DNA of 63,663 nucleotides, the filler included, from Kipferlia bialata (taxonomy: Eukaryota): assembly GCA_003568945.1 (NCBI GenBank). It is 6 parts of 6 records of this genome, joined end to end, with 100 filler letters (N's around TTAATTAATTAA, not from the genome) between each part and the next. Parts side by side here need not be neighbours in the genome. Positions count along the whole stretch, not along the records: positions 35,568 to 49,855 come from BDIP01000839.1; positions 49,956 to 60,187 come from BDIP01000841.1; 4 more parts are not named here. One strand, given 5' to 3'. Made by a program: the position numbers and the translations under genes. Below, one piece after another: positions 38,730-51,562 of the stretch. Under the pieces are notes generated by a model that was not told the origin of the DNA, searched no databases, and worked only from the letters and a program-made list of their open reading frames with translations. Numbering within the stretch: the stretch's first letter is position 1; every line of letters starts with the position of its first letter.

Positions 38730-39708
38730 CTCTCTCTCTCGTTTCTGTATGTATTGACGTTCCTCTATGACCATCAAGCTTCTCTTTCTCTCTCCCTCTC
38801 TCCTCTCTCTGTCTATTAATTAGTGTGTATGTGTGCATATTAACACATACATATATGTATACATATATTTACATTCGTATATCTCACCCTAGGGATGCAT
38901 CAAAGGCCATCAAGGAATTGGGTGCATGGTCATACTCCAGACTGGAACAGACACTGAGCAAGGTATATTATTATTCTAATGTGTTGTTTCTTTCACTCCA
39001 CTGCATTCTCTGTACTAATAATGAATGTGATACCTTTGTGTATATGATGGAACCATCAACTCAAATCACACTCTTTCTCCATCCCTCTCTCTATTATATG
39101 TCACTCTAGGTTGGCACCATGTCTCCATTCTCTCTCTCTCTCTCTCCCTCTCATACGCACACACACTCTCTCTTTTTCTGTTTTGTCTTACTCTAGGTTG
39201 GCACCATGTCTCCATTCCTCCACGGGTCAGCAAAGGGTATGGCCAGTTCTCTCTCTCTCTCTCTCCCATCTCTCTCTCTCCCTCTCTGTCAGCAAAGGGT
39301 AGGCCAGTCTGAGAGTTCTTCTCTCTCTATCCCTAGCGTCCCTTATCTCTCTCTCTCTCTGCCTTACACTCAGTCCTCACCTCCCTCTCTCTCTCTCTCT
39401 CTCTCTAGCTTCCCTTTTCTCTCTCTCTCTGCCTTACACTCAGTCCTCACCTCCCTCGAGTCCGTCAGAACCACCCTGGTGGAGTGCTTCCAGTGGCTGC
39501 AGGTATATATAATTGCATGTAGCAATAGTTATGGTATCAATATATCTATGTACCTGACCCCAGGATGGCATTGGGGCTCTGTCTGAGCTGATGGGAACAA
39601 ACATAGGTACTCTCTCTCTTTCTATGTACTCCCTGATACTACAAAGTATTTGGCCACTTATACTACGCTGTTCTCTTCCTGTCCCTCAACAGAGAGGGTA
39701 CTCTCGCC

Positions 39709-39740
<32 letters not shown>

Positions 39741-40799
39741 ATATATATACATATTAGTATCTGTAAGTAACTACTGTACTCACTTCCAGCCCGTCTCTCC
39801 CTGTCCCTCAACAGAGAGGTGTCCCTGCTGGTCAGCGGGGTCATATCAAGGTATATATAACTATACATAATGTATATATATTATAGTATACAACATAATG
39901 TCAGCGTATATATCTAGTAAACCTTGTTGAAAATGGAGGTGTCCTGCTGGTCAGTGTGGTCATATTATGGTATTCGCGTGTTGCACTGTTTCAATTACGT
40001 GATCTATCCTATTATATGAGATTAAATCGTGGCACGTGAGTTAGTTAGAATTATATAGTTCATCCTGTCTTTTGTGGGTGAGAATTCTGATCTACTCTTT
40101 TCACACTAACTTCAGACTGATTGGCCTTGCCCTGATTGTCCCCACTGTGCCCAATGTCAAGGCTATACTCGGGGCAGTGTGCTGTGCACAGAGGAGGTAT
40201 GATTTTATTTTATATATGTATACTATAGATATATATAGTTATATTCATAAGTGCCCAATGTCAAGGCAGTACTGGGGGCAGTGTGCTGTGCACAGAGAAG
40301 GTACTATAGTATATGTATACATGTATACTATAGATATTTATAGTTATATACATAAGTGCCCAATGTCAAGGCAATACTCGGAGCAGTGTGCTGTGCACAG
40401 AGGAGGTATAGTATATATACGTATATTTATAGTGTATGTATATATTATATATAGTAGTATCTATAGAGTGTCAAGGCAATACTCGGGGCAGTGTGCTGTG
40501 CACAGAGAAGGTGCGTGTATATTCTAGTGTGTACAGTCATCATTTCCATGCATACTATATATATACTATATTAAGTTCTCTTCAGCTATACATCTGTATC
40601 ATGCCCCCCGCCCCTTCTGTCTCTCTTCCGGTGTGTACCTGTGTATATCTCACCTAGGCTGCAGCGCCTAGCATGTTACCAGAATGCTCTCTCTCTCTCT
40701 CTCTCTCTTCCTCTCTCTCTATATATATATGTATGTACATACCTATATGTCTCTCACCCTTAGGCTGCAGCGCCAGGCATCTGACCAGGAGGCCATATA

Positions 40800-40839
<40 letters not shown>

Positions 40840-41814
40840 GATAGATGTATGTATATACCTATAAGTCTCTCACCCTTAGGCTCCAGCGCCAGGCATCTGA
40901 CCAGGAGGCACTGAACGGAATGGTCCAGCTGACAGGTATCAATCTCTCTTTCTCTCTCTCTCTCTCTCTCTGCACCCCCTTCCCTCTCGTCCTCATCGAC
41001 CCTGTCTCTCTCTCTCACACACACTCTCTCTCTGCACTCTTTCCCTTCCCTCTCATCTGACCCTCTAGACAAGCTCTGCAGATCCAAGTTCCGCACTGTC
41101 CATGCCCTGTTCACACCTTTGACATTCCTGTGTGCCAGTCTCTTAGGTATGTAGTTGTACTTGTACTCCTTCAATGGGATTCAGTTATACATTCTCTAGA
41201 TACTGTTCTAAATACATCTATTTTCATATAATTTCATACTCAATTGTTCCGCATAGCCTCATGAAACCACGTATTACCGTAATAATACCTGACTCCCAGA
41301 CTCCCTTGTTGGCATCCAGTCTGCATCCTCAGGTGCCCACATAGGGACAGGGTTCAGCGGCAGGTACTCCACGATTCTTTACAAAACAATCTCCTGTGTT
41401 TCCTGAGGATTTCTGCCTCCCATAATAGTTATCTAATCATCCACTTGCCGTATATATCCTACTCTCTCTCACGTTCTCTCTCTCTCTCTCTCTCTTTCTG
41501 TCCATATACCTTCAGCCTCACCCCAGGGATACCTCCCGTGCCAGTGTGCTGCCCTTCACCCTTGACAGCGGTCTGGCACCCCCTCTAGTAGGTATTGTCT
41601 CTCTCCCCCTCCTATATTGACTCTCTCTCTGCATTGTGTCACTTCTCCATATAATATCCAGGGAACTCGATCCTCTACTCCGGCTCTCTGGCCGCTGCCG
41701 TCTCTCTCTCTCCCTCCTCTTCGGATAGACAGAGGGATGGGTACAAGACTCTGCTGGGAGTGTGTCTATCAGACAACCTGAGGTACTTTCGATATAGGCT
41801 TGTCTGACTGTCGG

Positions 41815-41850
<36 letters not shown>

Positions 41851-44369
41851 AGCCCAGCCTGACCTCTTACCTCTCCTCCCTCCGCTCCCTCGTCTGGCTG
41901 TGCACTGCTGCCTGTCCATCACTCCTAGCCAACAAGGATAGACTAGGGCTAGTTGTAGGTATATAGTATTATATATATTCATATATATTCATGTATATTT
42001 GTGTTTTTGTGCACTGCTGCCTGTCCATCTCTCTTAGCCAATTAGGATAGACTGGGACTAGTTGTGGGTGAGTATATGTGTATACATTGTACTGTATATA
42101 TGTGTGTGTATGCGGTTTCCCTTCCACACATATAGCCATTGCCAGACACTATTAAGAGCCTCATTATCTCTCTCTCTCTCTTTCTAATACCCAGGCATCG
42201 CTAGGCATTATCCAAAGTAGAGCCTCCTCGCTAGTCCTACGCTCTCTCTCCCTATCATTGGCTCTCTCTCTCTCTCTTCTTAACATCTAGGCATTGCCAG
42301 ACACTATCCAGAGCAGAGCCTCTCTCTCTCTCTCCCGGTCACTCTCTCTATATATATATATTATCCTATATCTGACTCTCACTAACTTCTAGGCATTGCC
42401 AGACACTACCCAGAGCAGAGCCTCCTCCCTGAGACCCTAGTGTCACATGGCACTGAGGAGAGTGCATCTGTGTCAGTGTCAGAGGGACTGCTGTTTGGCG
42501 CCACTCAGTATCTGAGGTATTGTGAAGAAACACATATATGTATAATTGTATTGATCTATAGTGACTGTATGGTGGGGGAATATTACATATGTATGTATTT
42601 ATCACTAACCACAAGGTGTCTGTCCGTGTTCAAGGCTGCGTCCAGCTCTAGCTTCAGCACAAGCCAGGTGGGTCTCTCTCCCCTACACTGTGAATGCAAT
42701 ACCCCTGCAAGGGGTTAGTATCTCTCTCTTGTTCCCCAATCGAATATGTCTCTTGACCTCCAGGCGACTTGTTTCCTTTGTATCCATTTCCGCTCTCTCT
42801 CTCTCTATTTCTCCGTTCTTTCTCACTCTCTAGGCCAGGCGTCTTGTATCCTCTGCATACACAGAGTACCAGACAGTCGGACTGGGGGAGAAGCAGGTGA
42901 GATGGTTTTTAATACGCATATGTATGTAGCATGTAACATGTGTGTGTTAATATGTATTGGGAGAGAGTACCAGACGGTCGGACTAGGAGAGAAGCAGGTG
43001 ATATCTCCAGTTGAATATACATACATCTGTAACTCATTACTATTGGGAGAGAGAGAGTACCAGAGAGTCGGACTGGGGGAGAAGCAGGTGACTTTCTCCA
43101 CTATGCAATTATCTTCTCTCTCTCCCCCTAACAGTCTATGGGTCTCTCTCTCTATATTTATAGGTCAGGGTCTCTTTCTCTTTACCTTTATGTCTCTCCA
43201 TCTCTCTATCTGACTGTCTTATCATAGGTCCGAGTCTTTCTGTATCTCTCCATGTCTCTCTCTTCTATTAATCATAGGTCAGGGTCTCCCTTCTGGCTGA
43301 GTCACTCAGGAGATACACGGCACTCTGCAGGTATATCCTTAAAGTGTCATGTTTCATATATGTGTGTATGTATGTATATGGTGTATCACATAGCACTCTG
43401 GCAGAGTCACTCAGGAGATACACGGCACTCTGCAGGTTGGTTCCCACCATTATCACCAACTTACACTTGATGAATACATAGTATATTTTATAATGAGCTC
43501 TCTCTATATCTGTCCCACTAAGATACAGGTCTAAGTTGCCTGCAGCATCCCCCGTATCTCTGCTCCTCATTGCCCACTGTGCCCTACTGAGTGGAGAGAT
43601 CAGAGACTACGAGTGCACAAAGGTACTTTCTACGCGATACTTGCATTTCTTCTACACTATATACACTGTGCCCTGCTCAGTGGAGAGATCAGAGACTACG
43701 AGTGCACAAAGGTACTTTTTACACGATATGTATCCATCTCTACGCGATAGACTCATCCTCAGGTGACCTCGGCAAACTCCCACTCGGCTTATGATGAACT
43801 AGAGGTATGCTTCTCTCTTTCTCTCTCTCTCTATATATGAATGTATTTGTAGAATAATAGATATATACTGATAGATATGTATTGACTGTTCTGTTTTGGT
43901 TCTCTCTCTCTCTCTCTCTTTCTCTCTCTTCATATATATATATATATATATATATATACACGTGTATATTGACTCCAGGTCTCTGTCAACAGTGCAGTCC
44001 TGGCTCTCTATATCTGTCTCTCTCTCTCTTTCTCTCTCTCGCTCTCTATCTCTCTCTCTCCTGTTTGATAATAGGTCTCTGTCAACAGTGCTGTCCTGGC
44101 TTTCATTCTATATGACTCTCTCTCTCTTTCTCTCTCTCTATATACTTATGTATGTGTGTTTGTGTGTTTTGATGCCAGGTCTCTGTCAACAGTGCTGTCC
44201 TGGCTCTAGAGGGATGCAGGAGACTCCTCGACACTAAGGGATCGCCAATCAGGTCACTATATACAATGCAATTTTGATACTATACTTTGTCTCTCTATTT
44301 CTCTCTCCTTACACCAGGGTGTGGCTGGATGGTGTGTCTGCCAGACTGGTCTGAGCTGTCTCAGTCTCT

Positions 44370-44408
<39 letters not shown>

Positions 44409-46643
44409 TATCCCAGGGTATGGCTTGATGGCGTTTCTGCCAGACTGGTCAGGGTCATGTGCACCAGACTCAGTGCAGACACAAGGTATATATAATATAT
44501 ATATATATATATATATGCATATTCTAGCACCTACTTATATATACATATATGGATATATATGATAGTGTTATTGTAGACTGGTCAGGGTCATGTGCACCAG
44601 ACTCAGTGCAGACCCAAGGTGGTGTATTCACCTCTATATGTGTATTCTACCGTTAATTGATGATATGAACACCAGTATGTAATGTTCCATGTTCGCTGTA
44701 ACTTTAGCTGGTGTTTGTCTGGTATATACATACACCTCTATATTTGTATACTACTGTTGATGGATGATATGCGCACCAGTATTCTAACTATCTCTGACCT
44801 TCAAGGACTGGACGCCGCACTGACAGGCACGAGTCAGTCTTAGCCACGCTGGAGTCTGTGACTGAGACGCTGAACGGTTCAACCGCCCAGACGCCCGAAG
44901 GGGAGAGAGAGACCTTCCTGAGTGTGAGGAGTGCACTTGATGAGATCGAGATAGCACTATCAGGTACTAATGCATATATATGTGTTAATATACATATATA
45001 TATAAATGAATATGTGCAATGTATATATGTGTATGTATATATATCAAGTATGGGTGAAGGTGTTAATGCACTTGATAAGATTGAGATTGCACTATCAGGT
45101 ATCTCTTTCTCTCTCTCTCTCTCTCTCTTATCCTTAGGCCTTAGAGGTGCTGTGTCCATGGATCAGTTCAGACCAGAGCTGGCCATGCTGGCCACAGTGA
45201 GGTATGCATAGATATACAATTCATTGATATATATATATACTATACAATCCACTCATACTCAGGCACTGCCAGTGTCTCTCCAGGTCCCTGGGCAGTGATG
45301 GAACAGTCCCCCTGGTGGCATCATACACCCTGCACAGCGGTGTCTGTAGGTATATATATATATATATAGTGGGATATGCAGGCACATACACACATACCCA
45401 TTACATATATATTTACAAATGTATAGGTGTATATATATGTTCTATAGTATAATATCTCTACAGTACCTCCGGTGGCATCATACACCCTGCACAGCGGGGT
45501 ATGCAGGTATGAGTTTATACCTATACCTATACCTATATTTATGTCATGATGCACAATCATCCCTGTATGTGTACTCATACTAGCCTGCCGGTATCCGCTA
45601 GACAGCTCTGTCGCATCAACAGATCATCGACAACTGGAAAGGAAAGAGGGGGAGACAGAGACGTCTACGGACTGCCTCCTCCTATGGCAGCGCTTGTGTG
45701 CCCACAGGTACTACTCTCTCTCTCTCTCTCTGACACTCCAGTTGCCTCTCGTTGGTACGACTCGTGTTGACTCTCTCACTCTCTCTCCCTCTCACACACA
45801 GTCTCTCTGACACTATATCTATATCCATATTTTTGTTGTTATATACTTACCTAACACTCCAGGTGGCGGGTACCCTCAATGGTGTTGCAGAGGATGACAA
45901 GGAGAAGGAGCTAAGTGGCATTCCTCTGCCTAGCAGGTATACATTTCTCTAGTATATATATAGATATATAGATACTATTCATATATATATATATATACTC
46001 ACATGTATAGTTCTATAGTATATAAGGACAAGGGCCTATATGGTATACCTCTCCCTGGCAGGTATGGATGCACATAGTATTATTGCTGCTATGCCTATTT
46101 GAGGTCGCATACACCTTCTCTTACACTGCAGGTACTTGGTCTCCCAGCACATCCCATCCAGTGTTGATATTGTGGCATATCCATTTAGCATATATGTATG
46201 AAATGTTAGACACGCATGCATATGTGTTTGTTAACTCTTACACCTCAGGTACCTGGTCTCCCAGCACATCCCATCCAGGATAGCCAGCACACACGCCACT
46301 AAGGTACCCTCTCTCATACAATTGGATATGATTCTAATGTCATGATTTAATTGGGAAAATGTAGTTATTTACAATTCTCTGAATGTTGTTGAGCATTTAC
46401 TGTGTCTATATGAAGCTGTTAGTACTCACCCTTAGGTACTGAAGAGGAACATCTCTGGTACAGAGACAGATTCCCCGACCTCCTCTCCCTCCCTCGAGAG
46501 AGAGAGAGAGTCACTGGAAGAGAGAGAGAGGGTGATTACTCACTACGCACAGACCCTTGAGGCATTGGTAGAGGCAGTGGGTACAGACACAGGTATGCGA
46601 TAGTATCTTCTAGGGTCCATCGTGCTGGACCCTGAGTCTCTGA

Positions 46644-46682
<39 letters not shown>

Positions 46683-46730
46683 ACGTCGGGCTCCATTGTG
46701 CTGGACCCTTTGTCTCTGACTCTCTCTCTA

Positions 46731-46769
<39 letters not shown>

Positions 46770-46998
46770 CTTACGTCAGGCTCCATTGTCCTCGACCCTG
46801 TGTCTCTGACCCTCACCCTGAGTACTGGGAAGAGACACCTCTCGAGAAAGGCCACAAAGCAGCTAGGTAATGTATTCTATTTTTACACAGCCTCTTGCCT
46901 ATGTCCCCTATTGGATAGTTACTACTATTGCCTATTATTCTCTCTCTGTCTCTCTCTCTCTTTCTACACCCTTTGTTCACGGATATGTCTGTGACATG

Positions 46999-47029
<31 letters not shown>

Positions 47030-47073
47030 CCCCCCCTCTTCACCCTTATTTCAAGGCTATGCCTGTGACACGC

Positions 47074-47104
<31 letters not shown>

Positions 47105-48211
47105 TCCCTTATTCCAAGGCTACGCCTGTGACATGCTGTCTCCCGAGAACCTCCGGGCCCTATCCCACCTCGACGCTCTCTCACTCTCTTCCTCTACAGA
47201 GGGGGAGAGTGAGAGGGTGGGCCCTCTTATGTCCTCTGTCCATGCACTGTTGGCAAAGACACGCTCTGCTGCGTCAGAGACTGTAACGAAGGTATTATAG
47301 TAAATATACAGTATTATATTCAATATATATATACATATAGGATGTCCTCTGTCCATGCACTACTGGCCAAGACACGCTCTGCTGCATCTAGTTCAGTGGC
47401 TAAGGTATATATTAGTATATATGTTAATTATATAAATATGTGTTTCTATGGATATTTGTGAATATTCATATTTATACAAATTCATACCCTATTTTACCAT
47501 ATATATTGACCCCAGGTCCTCTCATCTCACCCTGGTTCCTTCAAGCCATCAGGACCCCACACCAAGGACACAAGGGTACGTTCCGATATAGTTGTGCCAA
47601 TATTTCTTGTGTCTTTAAGACTCATACTAATTCTAGGTCACTCCCTTTGCCGATCTCAATGACGCCCTGGTGCACAGCGAGGGCATAGAGCTAGTAGGTT
47701 AGTGTATATATAGAGAGTGTGCGTTTTGGTGGGTCTTGTGTATATTGAGAGAGAGACCATGGAGCTAGTAGGTACTGCGACTACCTTCCAACTTCTGTTA
47801 ATCCCCCCTCCATCCCCCCCACACACACATTCTTACGTTTGAAGTCTGGTCTGCTCTCGTAATACTCGTAAATCCCTCTCTCCCTCTCTCTCTCTATGTT
47901 CCTCTCCTATTCACCACCAGACGTCTGCTCTGCCTTGGCCAAGCTGTCTGTGGCATCCTTACTCTGTCGCAAGGTATCAGTCCCTCTCCTCCTCTATATG
48001 TATTCGTCCCTTTATATTGAATGTTAAGTTATGTATATAGTTAATATCTAAAGGCCAAGCTGTCTGTGGCATCTTTACTCTGCCGTTAGGTATTAGTCTC
48101 TATCTATCTATGTACACACATTCTATCCATGGAACAAAGTCACTTCATTATTTGGGTGTCTCTCGGTGCCTCTCTCTCTCTCTCTCTTACCACAGGTCTC
48201 CCATACACACG

Positions 48212-48266
<55 letters not shown>

Positions 48267-48735
48267 TTCTCTTTTCTCCTAACTCTAAGATCTCCCATGC
48301 ACACGCCTCTCTGTCTGCCCAGCCATTCATAGACACCGTTACTGCACCCGACAGTGCCAAGGATACACACGTTGAGGGAGACTCCGTTGCCACTCTGCTG
48401 TCAGTACTAGCACTCAGGAGGTATATTGTATTATATATATATATATTTGTATCTACATATTGCAGTATGGAATATATACGTACATGGATTTGTATGTATA
48501 CACATTCATTGGTATAACAAGTCTCATCATCCAGCCAGCTCTCCCAGGCCGGTGCCCTCACGGTAAGACTGCCAGACACACACAACAGGTATAGTATATA
48601 TATTGTATATGCTATATACAATGTATATAGTGTGACTCAGATACCTACACACGAAATTTTCATATAGTATTGTTATCTGTTTGTATTTCCTTTATTCCAG
48701 TGTTGATGGGCTTCTCCTTGTTGCCATTGGTGGAG

Positions 48736-48779
<44 letters not shown>

Positions 48780-48949
48780 GACCCTTATTCTCACATCAGG
48801 ATGGTGCTGGCAATGCCCTGGGCAGACTCATCTCTCTCTCTCTATCTCTCTCTCTCTCGCTAGACCCTTTTTCACATCAGGATGGGGCTGGCAATGCCCT
48901 AGGTAGACTGCTCAGGATGGGTGAGCTGTTGACAGTAGACACGGACTAG
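38130..48949 (+). CDS. Large multi-exon hypothetical protein, Leu/Ser-rich and probably alpha-helical
   Basis: ATG 38130 (MGQQSHLEQLVALQHR / GDECLKSLVGLIRQ) followed by dozens of GT-AG exons to DGAGNALGRLLRMGELLTVDTD* at 48949. No family recognised and not every junction was phase-checked. Confidence 0.65.
40146..40510 (+). repeat. Exon-echo array: exon 3' end plus donor, four copies
   Basis: (GTGCCCAAT)GTCAAGGCN(A/G)TACT(C/G)GG(G/A)GCAGTGTGCTGTGCACAGAG(G/A)AG-gt at about 40147, 40251, 40356 and 40470, separated by TA-rich spacers. Confidence 0.92.
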
Positions 48950-49435
48950 ACTCCTCTAGTCACTAGGCTCTAGTCACTAGAGAGAGAAAGAGAGAGCGTG
49001 TTGATAGCAGACACTGACTAGACTATGTTCTTTGGTAGCAAAGTGGTAGCTCGCCATTCTTTACCGACACCTGGGCTATAGAGGAAACTAATAGACAGTG
49101 AGACTACAAAAGTCAAAGTGGTATAGCCTTTGCAATAGAATGCGACAGAGAATATGCATTCTTGTCGCATGCATGGGTGGGAGTAGACATTGAGTCCTTT
49201 TTCAAGTGACTAGTATGGACAGACAGAGAGTGATCAGGCTGATTTAGTGGACAAGAATTGAGTTAGAAACACTATTTCCATTTTCACTCCAGGACGGCTA
49301 CTATTTCTCTATTCGGTGTCGCAAGAGTATACCTTTAATGTAGTAAGACCAACTTGTCTTGCGATTTCGGTTGGACCTCCACTCTGCGTATTGACCTGTG
49401 ACTGAGGCTATTCAACAGTACTAACCACCTGTTCC

Positions 49436-49855
49436 CTATCCTAAAATCGTTAGAGTTGGTTTCCTCTCTGGATGACACGTCCAGACATACAGGGGGATCC
49501 TAGCATCCTGGCCGGCGGTGCATCGGAATGTCATGAGTGCGCCGTTATCAGCTGGTATTGTGCACAAGTCTCCATAGCGAGTCAACTTGACGGAATCTGC
49601 TCTGCAGTCTAATGCACCATTTGTTCCATCTCCTTGCAGTGTTAAATGAATGTCATTGCTTGATATAAGCCTCCAGCAGCGATCTTCAGCAGGGACGATG
49701 AGAACAACTGGATAGTCCACAGCCCCCTTCAATTTGGGCACTAGGCCAAGTGAACAGACACTTTCAGTACAGTAGTCAGACACCTCAAACCTGGCATCTT
49801 GTCTCTTGACTACTATGGTATCAGAAGACTCTGGCAGCACTGCCCCTACCACATA
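49436..49855 (-). CDS. Hypothetical protein, 3' fragment
   Basis: Non-repetitive 138-codon open frame running from the contig edge to a stop at 49436. Confidence 0.45.
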   Translation of the reverse strand, partial: YVVGAVLPESSDTIVVKRQDARFEVSDYCTESVCSLGLVPKLKGAVDYPVVLIVPAEDRCWRLISSNDIHLTLQGDGTNGALDCRADSVKLTRYGDLCTIPADNGALMTFRCTAGQDARIPLYVWTCHPERKPTLTILG

Positions 49856-49955
49856 NNNNNNNNNNNNNNNNNNNNNNNNNNNNNNNNNNNNNNNNNNNNT
49901 TAATTAATTAANNNNNNNNNNNNNNNNNNNNNNNNNNNNNNNNNNNNNNNNNNNN
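49856..49955. other. Artificial contig linker
   Basis: N44-TTAATTAATTAA-N44. Confidence 0.98.
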
Positions 49956-49966
49956 TATGACTGGCC

Positions 49967-49997
<31 letters not shown>

Positions 49998-50081
49998 ACC
50001 CCCCTCTATATCACATCCTCTACACATATATACACATATATAAAGAGAATATACATTTACATGTGTATAATACACACACAC

Positions 50082-51030
50082 CTGAGCAGGCCCCCTTGCG
50101 AATATGATTGGCCTGACCCCTGGCACAGCGGGTCTCTCCTTCTCAGGGCTGTTCTGGGATAAGTATAGTATATATACATAAAACTATTTAATACTCATAT
50201 ACTACAATATAGTAGACATGCCTCTCCTTCTTGGGGCTGTTCTGAGGGTGAGAGACATATATATATATACTATATTTCTAATGTAAATAGAGTGAAGAGA
50301 ACAATATACTAGAGCATGTGCCTTGTTTGATGCACAGCTGGAAGGGGTCCATAGTATATATACTATAGTATATACACTATATATACAGAGGAGTATAGAG
50401 TATATAGGGTACATATACATGATATACCTTGTTTGATGCACATATGACAGGCTCCGAGCACAGCTGGAAGGGGTCCATGGGCAGACCGGCCATGACACTA
50501 GGCCTCTGTGCAGCCTAGAGTGAGTAAGTACTATATATATATATATATATATACTATATATATAGTGTATATAGAATAGAAAGATGGGCAGACCTGCCAT
50601 GACACTGGGTCTCTGGGCAGTCTGGGGTGAGTATAGTATTTGTATAGTACGTTATATATATATATATATAGTGTTGAGTGTAGAGTCCAGCCATGGCAAT
50701 GGGTCCTTGGGCAGCCTAGAGTGAGGTTATATGCTATATAGCAGGATATGTACTATATACATTCATACAATATGTATATAAGATGATGACACTGGGTCTG
50801 TGCAGTCTTGGGTAGGGATAGACACACATAGTACAAGAGACATGTAGTATAATATACATACTATAGTACACCTGCCACCGAGTCTCTCTCTAGCCTAGCA
50901 TACACGCAATGCAGACCATGCATAATATAGAAGAGTGAATGTGCATAGAATACCCCCCTCATGTCCATATACACTCACCTTAGCCATGGGTAGGGTAGTC
51001 CTAGGCCGCAGGTGGGGAGACACGTGCCTG
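50082..51030 (-). CDS. Hypothetical multi-exon gene, 3'-truncated, start unresolved
   Basis: Exons HVSPHLRPRTTLPMAK / RETRWQ / AAQRPSVMAGLPMDPFQLCSEPVICASNK / NSPEKERPAVPGVRPIIFARGPAQ. The frame is supported by third-position changes in the echo copies. Confidence 0.5.
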
Positions 51031-51562
51031 ATGTGAGCAAAAGAACCAGAAAGAGAGCGCAGGAGAGAGCTGTCGCACCCTAGAAAGCCTGGCATCATAC
51101 AAGAGTACCACAGACAGGCAGGTGCGGCAAACAGGACAGGCGGTGCTCAAACGGTGCTCTGAAACTGCTCAAAGGGGTAGTATGAGCAAGTTGGAGAGGT
51201 CGTTGGTTCGAACAAGTCCCGATGGAGAGGGAGCGGTTGCCACTGTAGAGGACACTGATGACCCGCTCCTGACATGGCATGTCAAAAAGTCTGTTTCTAC
51301 ACCCTTTTGTCAACTTGTCAAAAATGTGGTCCATAAGGGTTTAGTACAGCTTCCTGTACTCAGGACTACATATATATGTGTCTGAGATTTGCAGGATTAA
51401 TACAAGTCCTGTATATAGTGTGACTCTCAAGGTTAGAGAGCACCAAACATACCAATAGATACATAACCGCTAGTACAAAAGGGTCTATTGGTTAAACTGC
51501 GAGCCACTTAAGCAGGTTAGGCGACGAGACTAAGTGTGTCATGTCACCAATGGTGTAGACAG

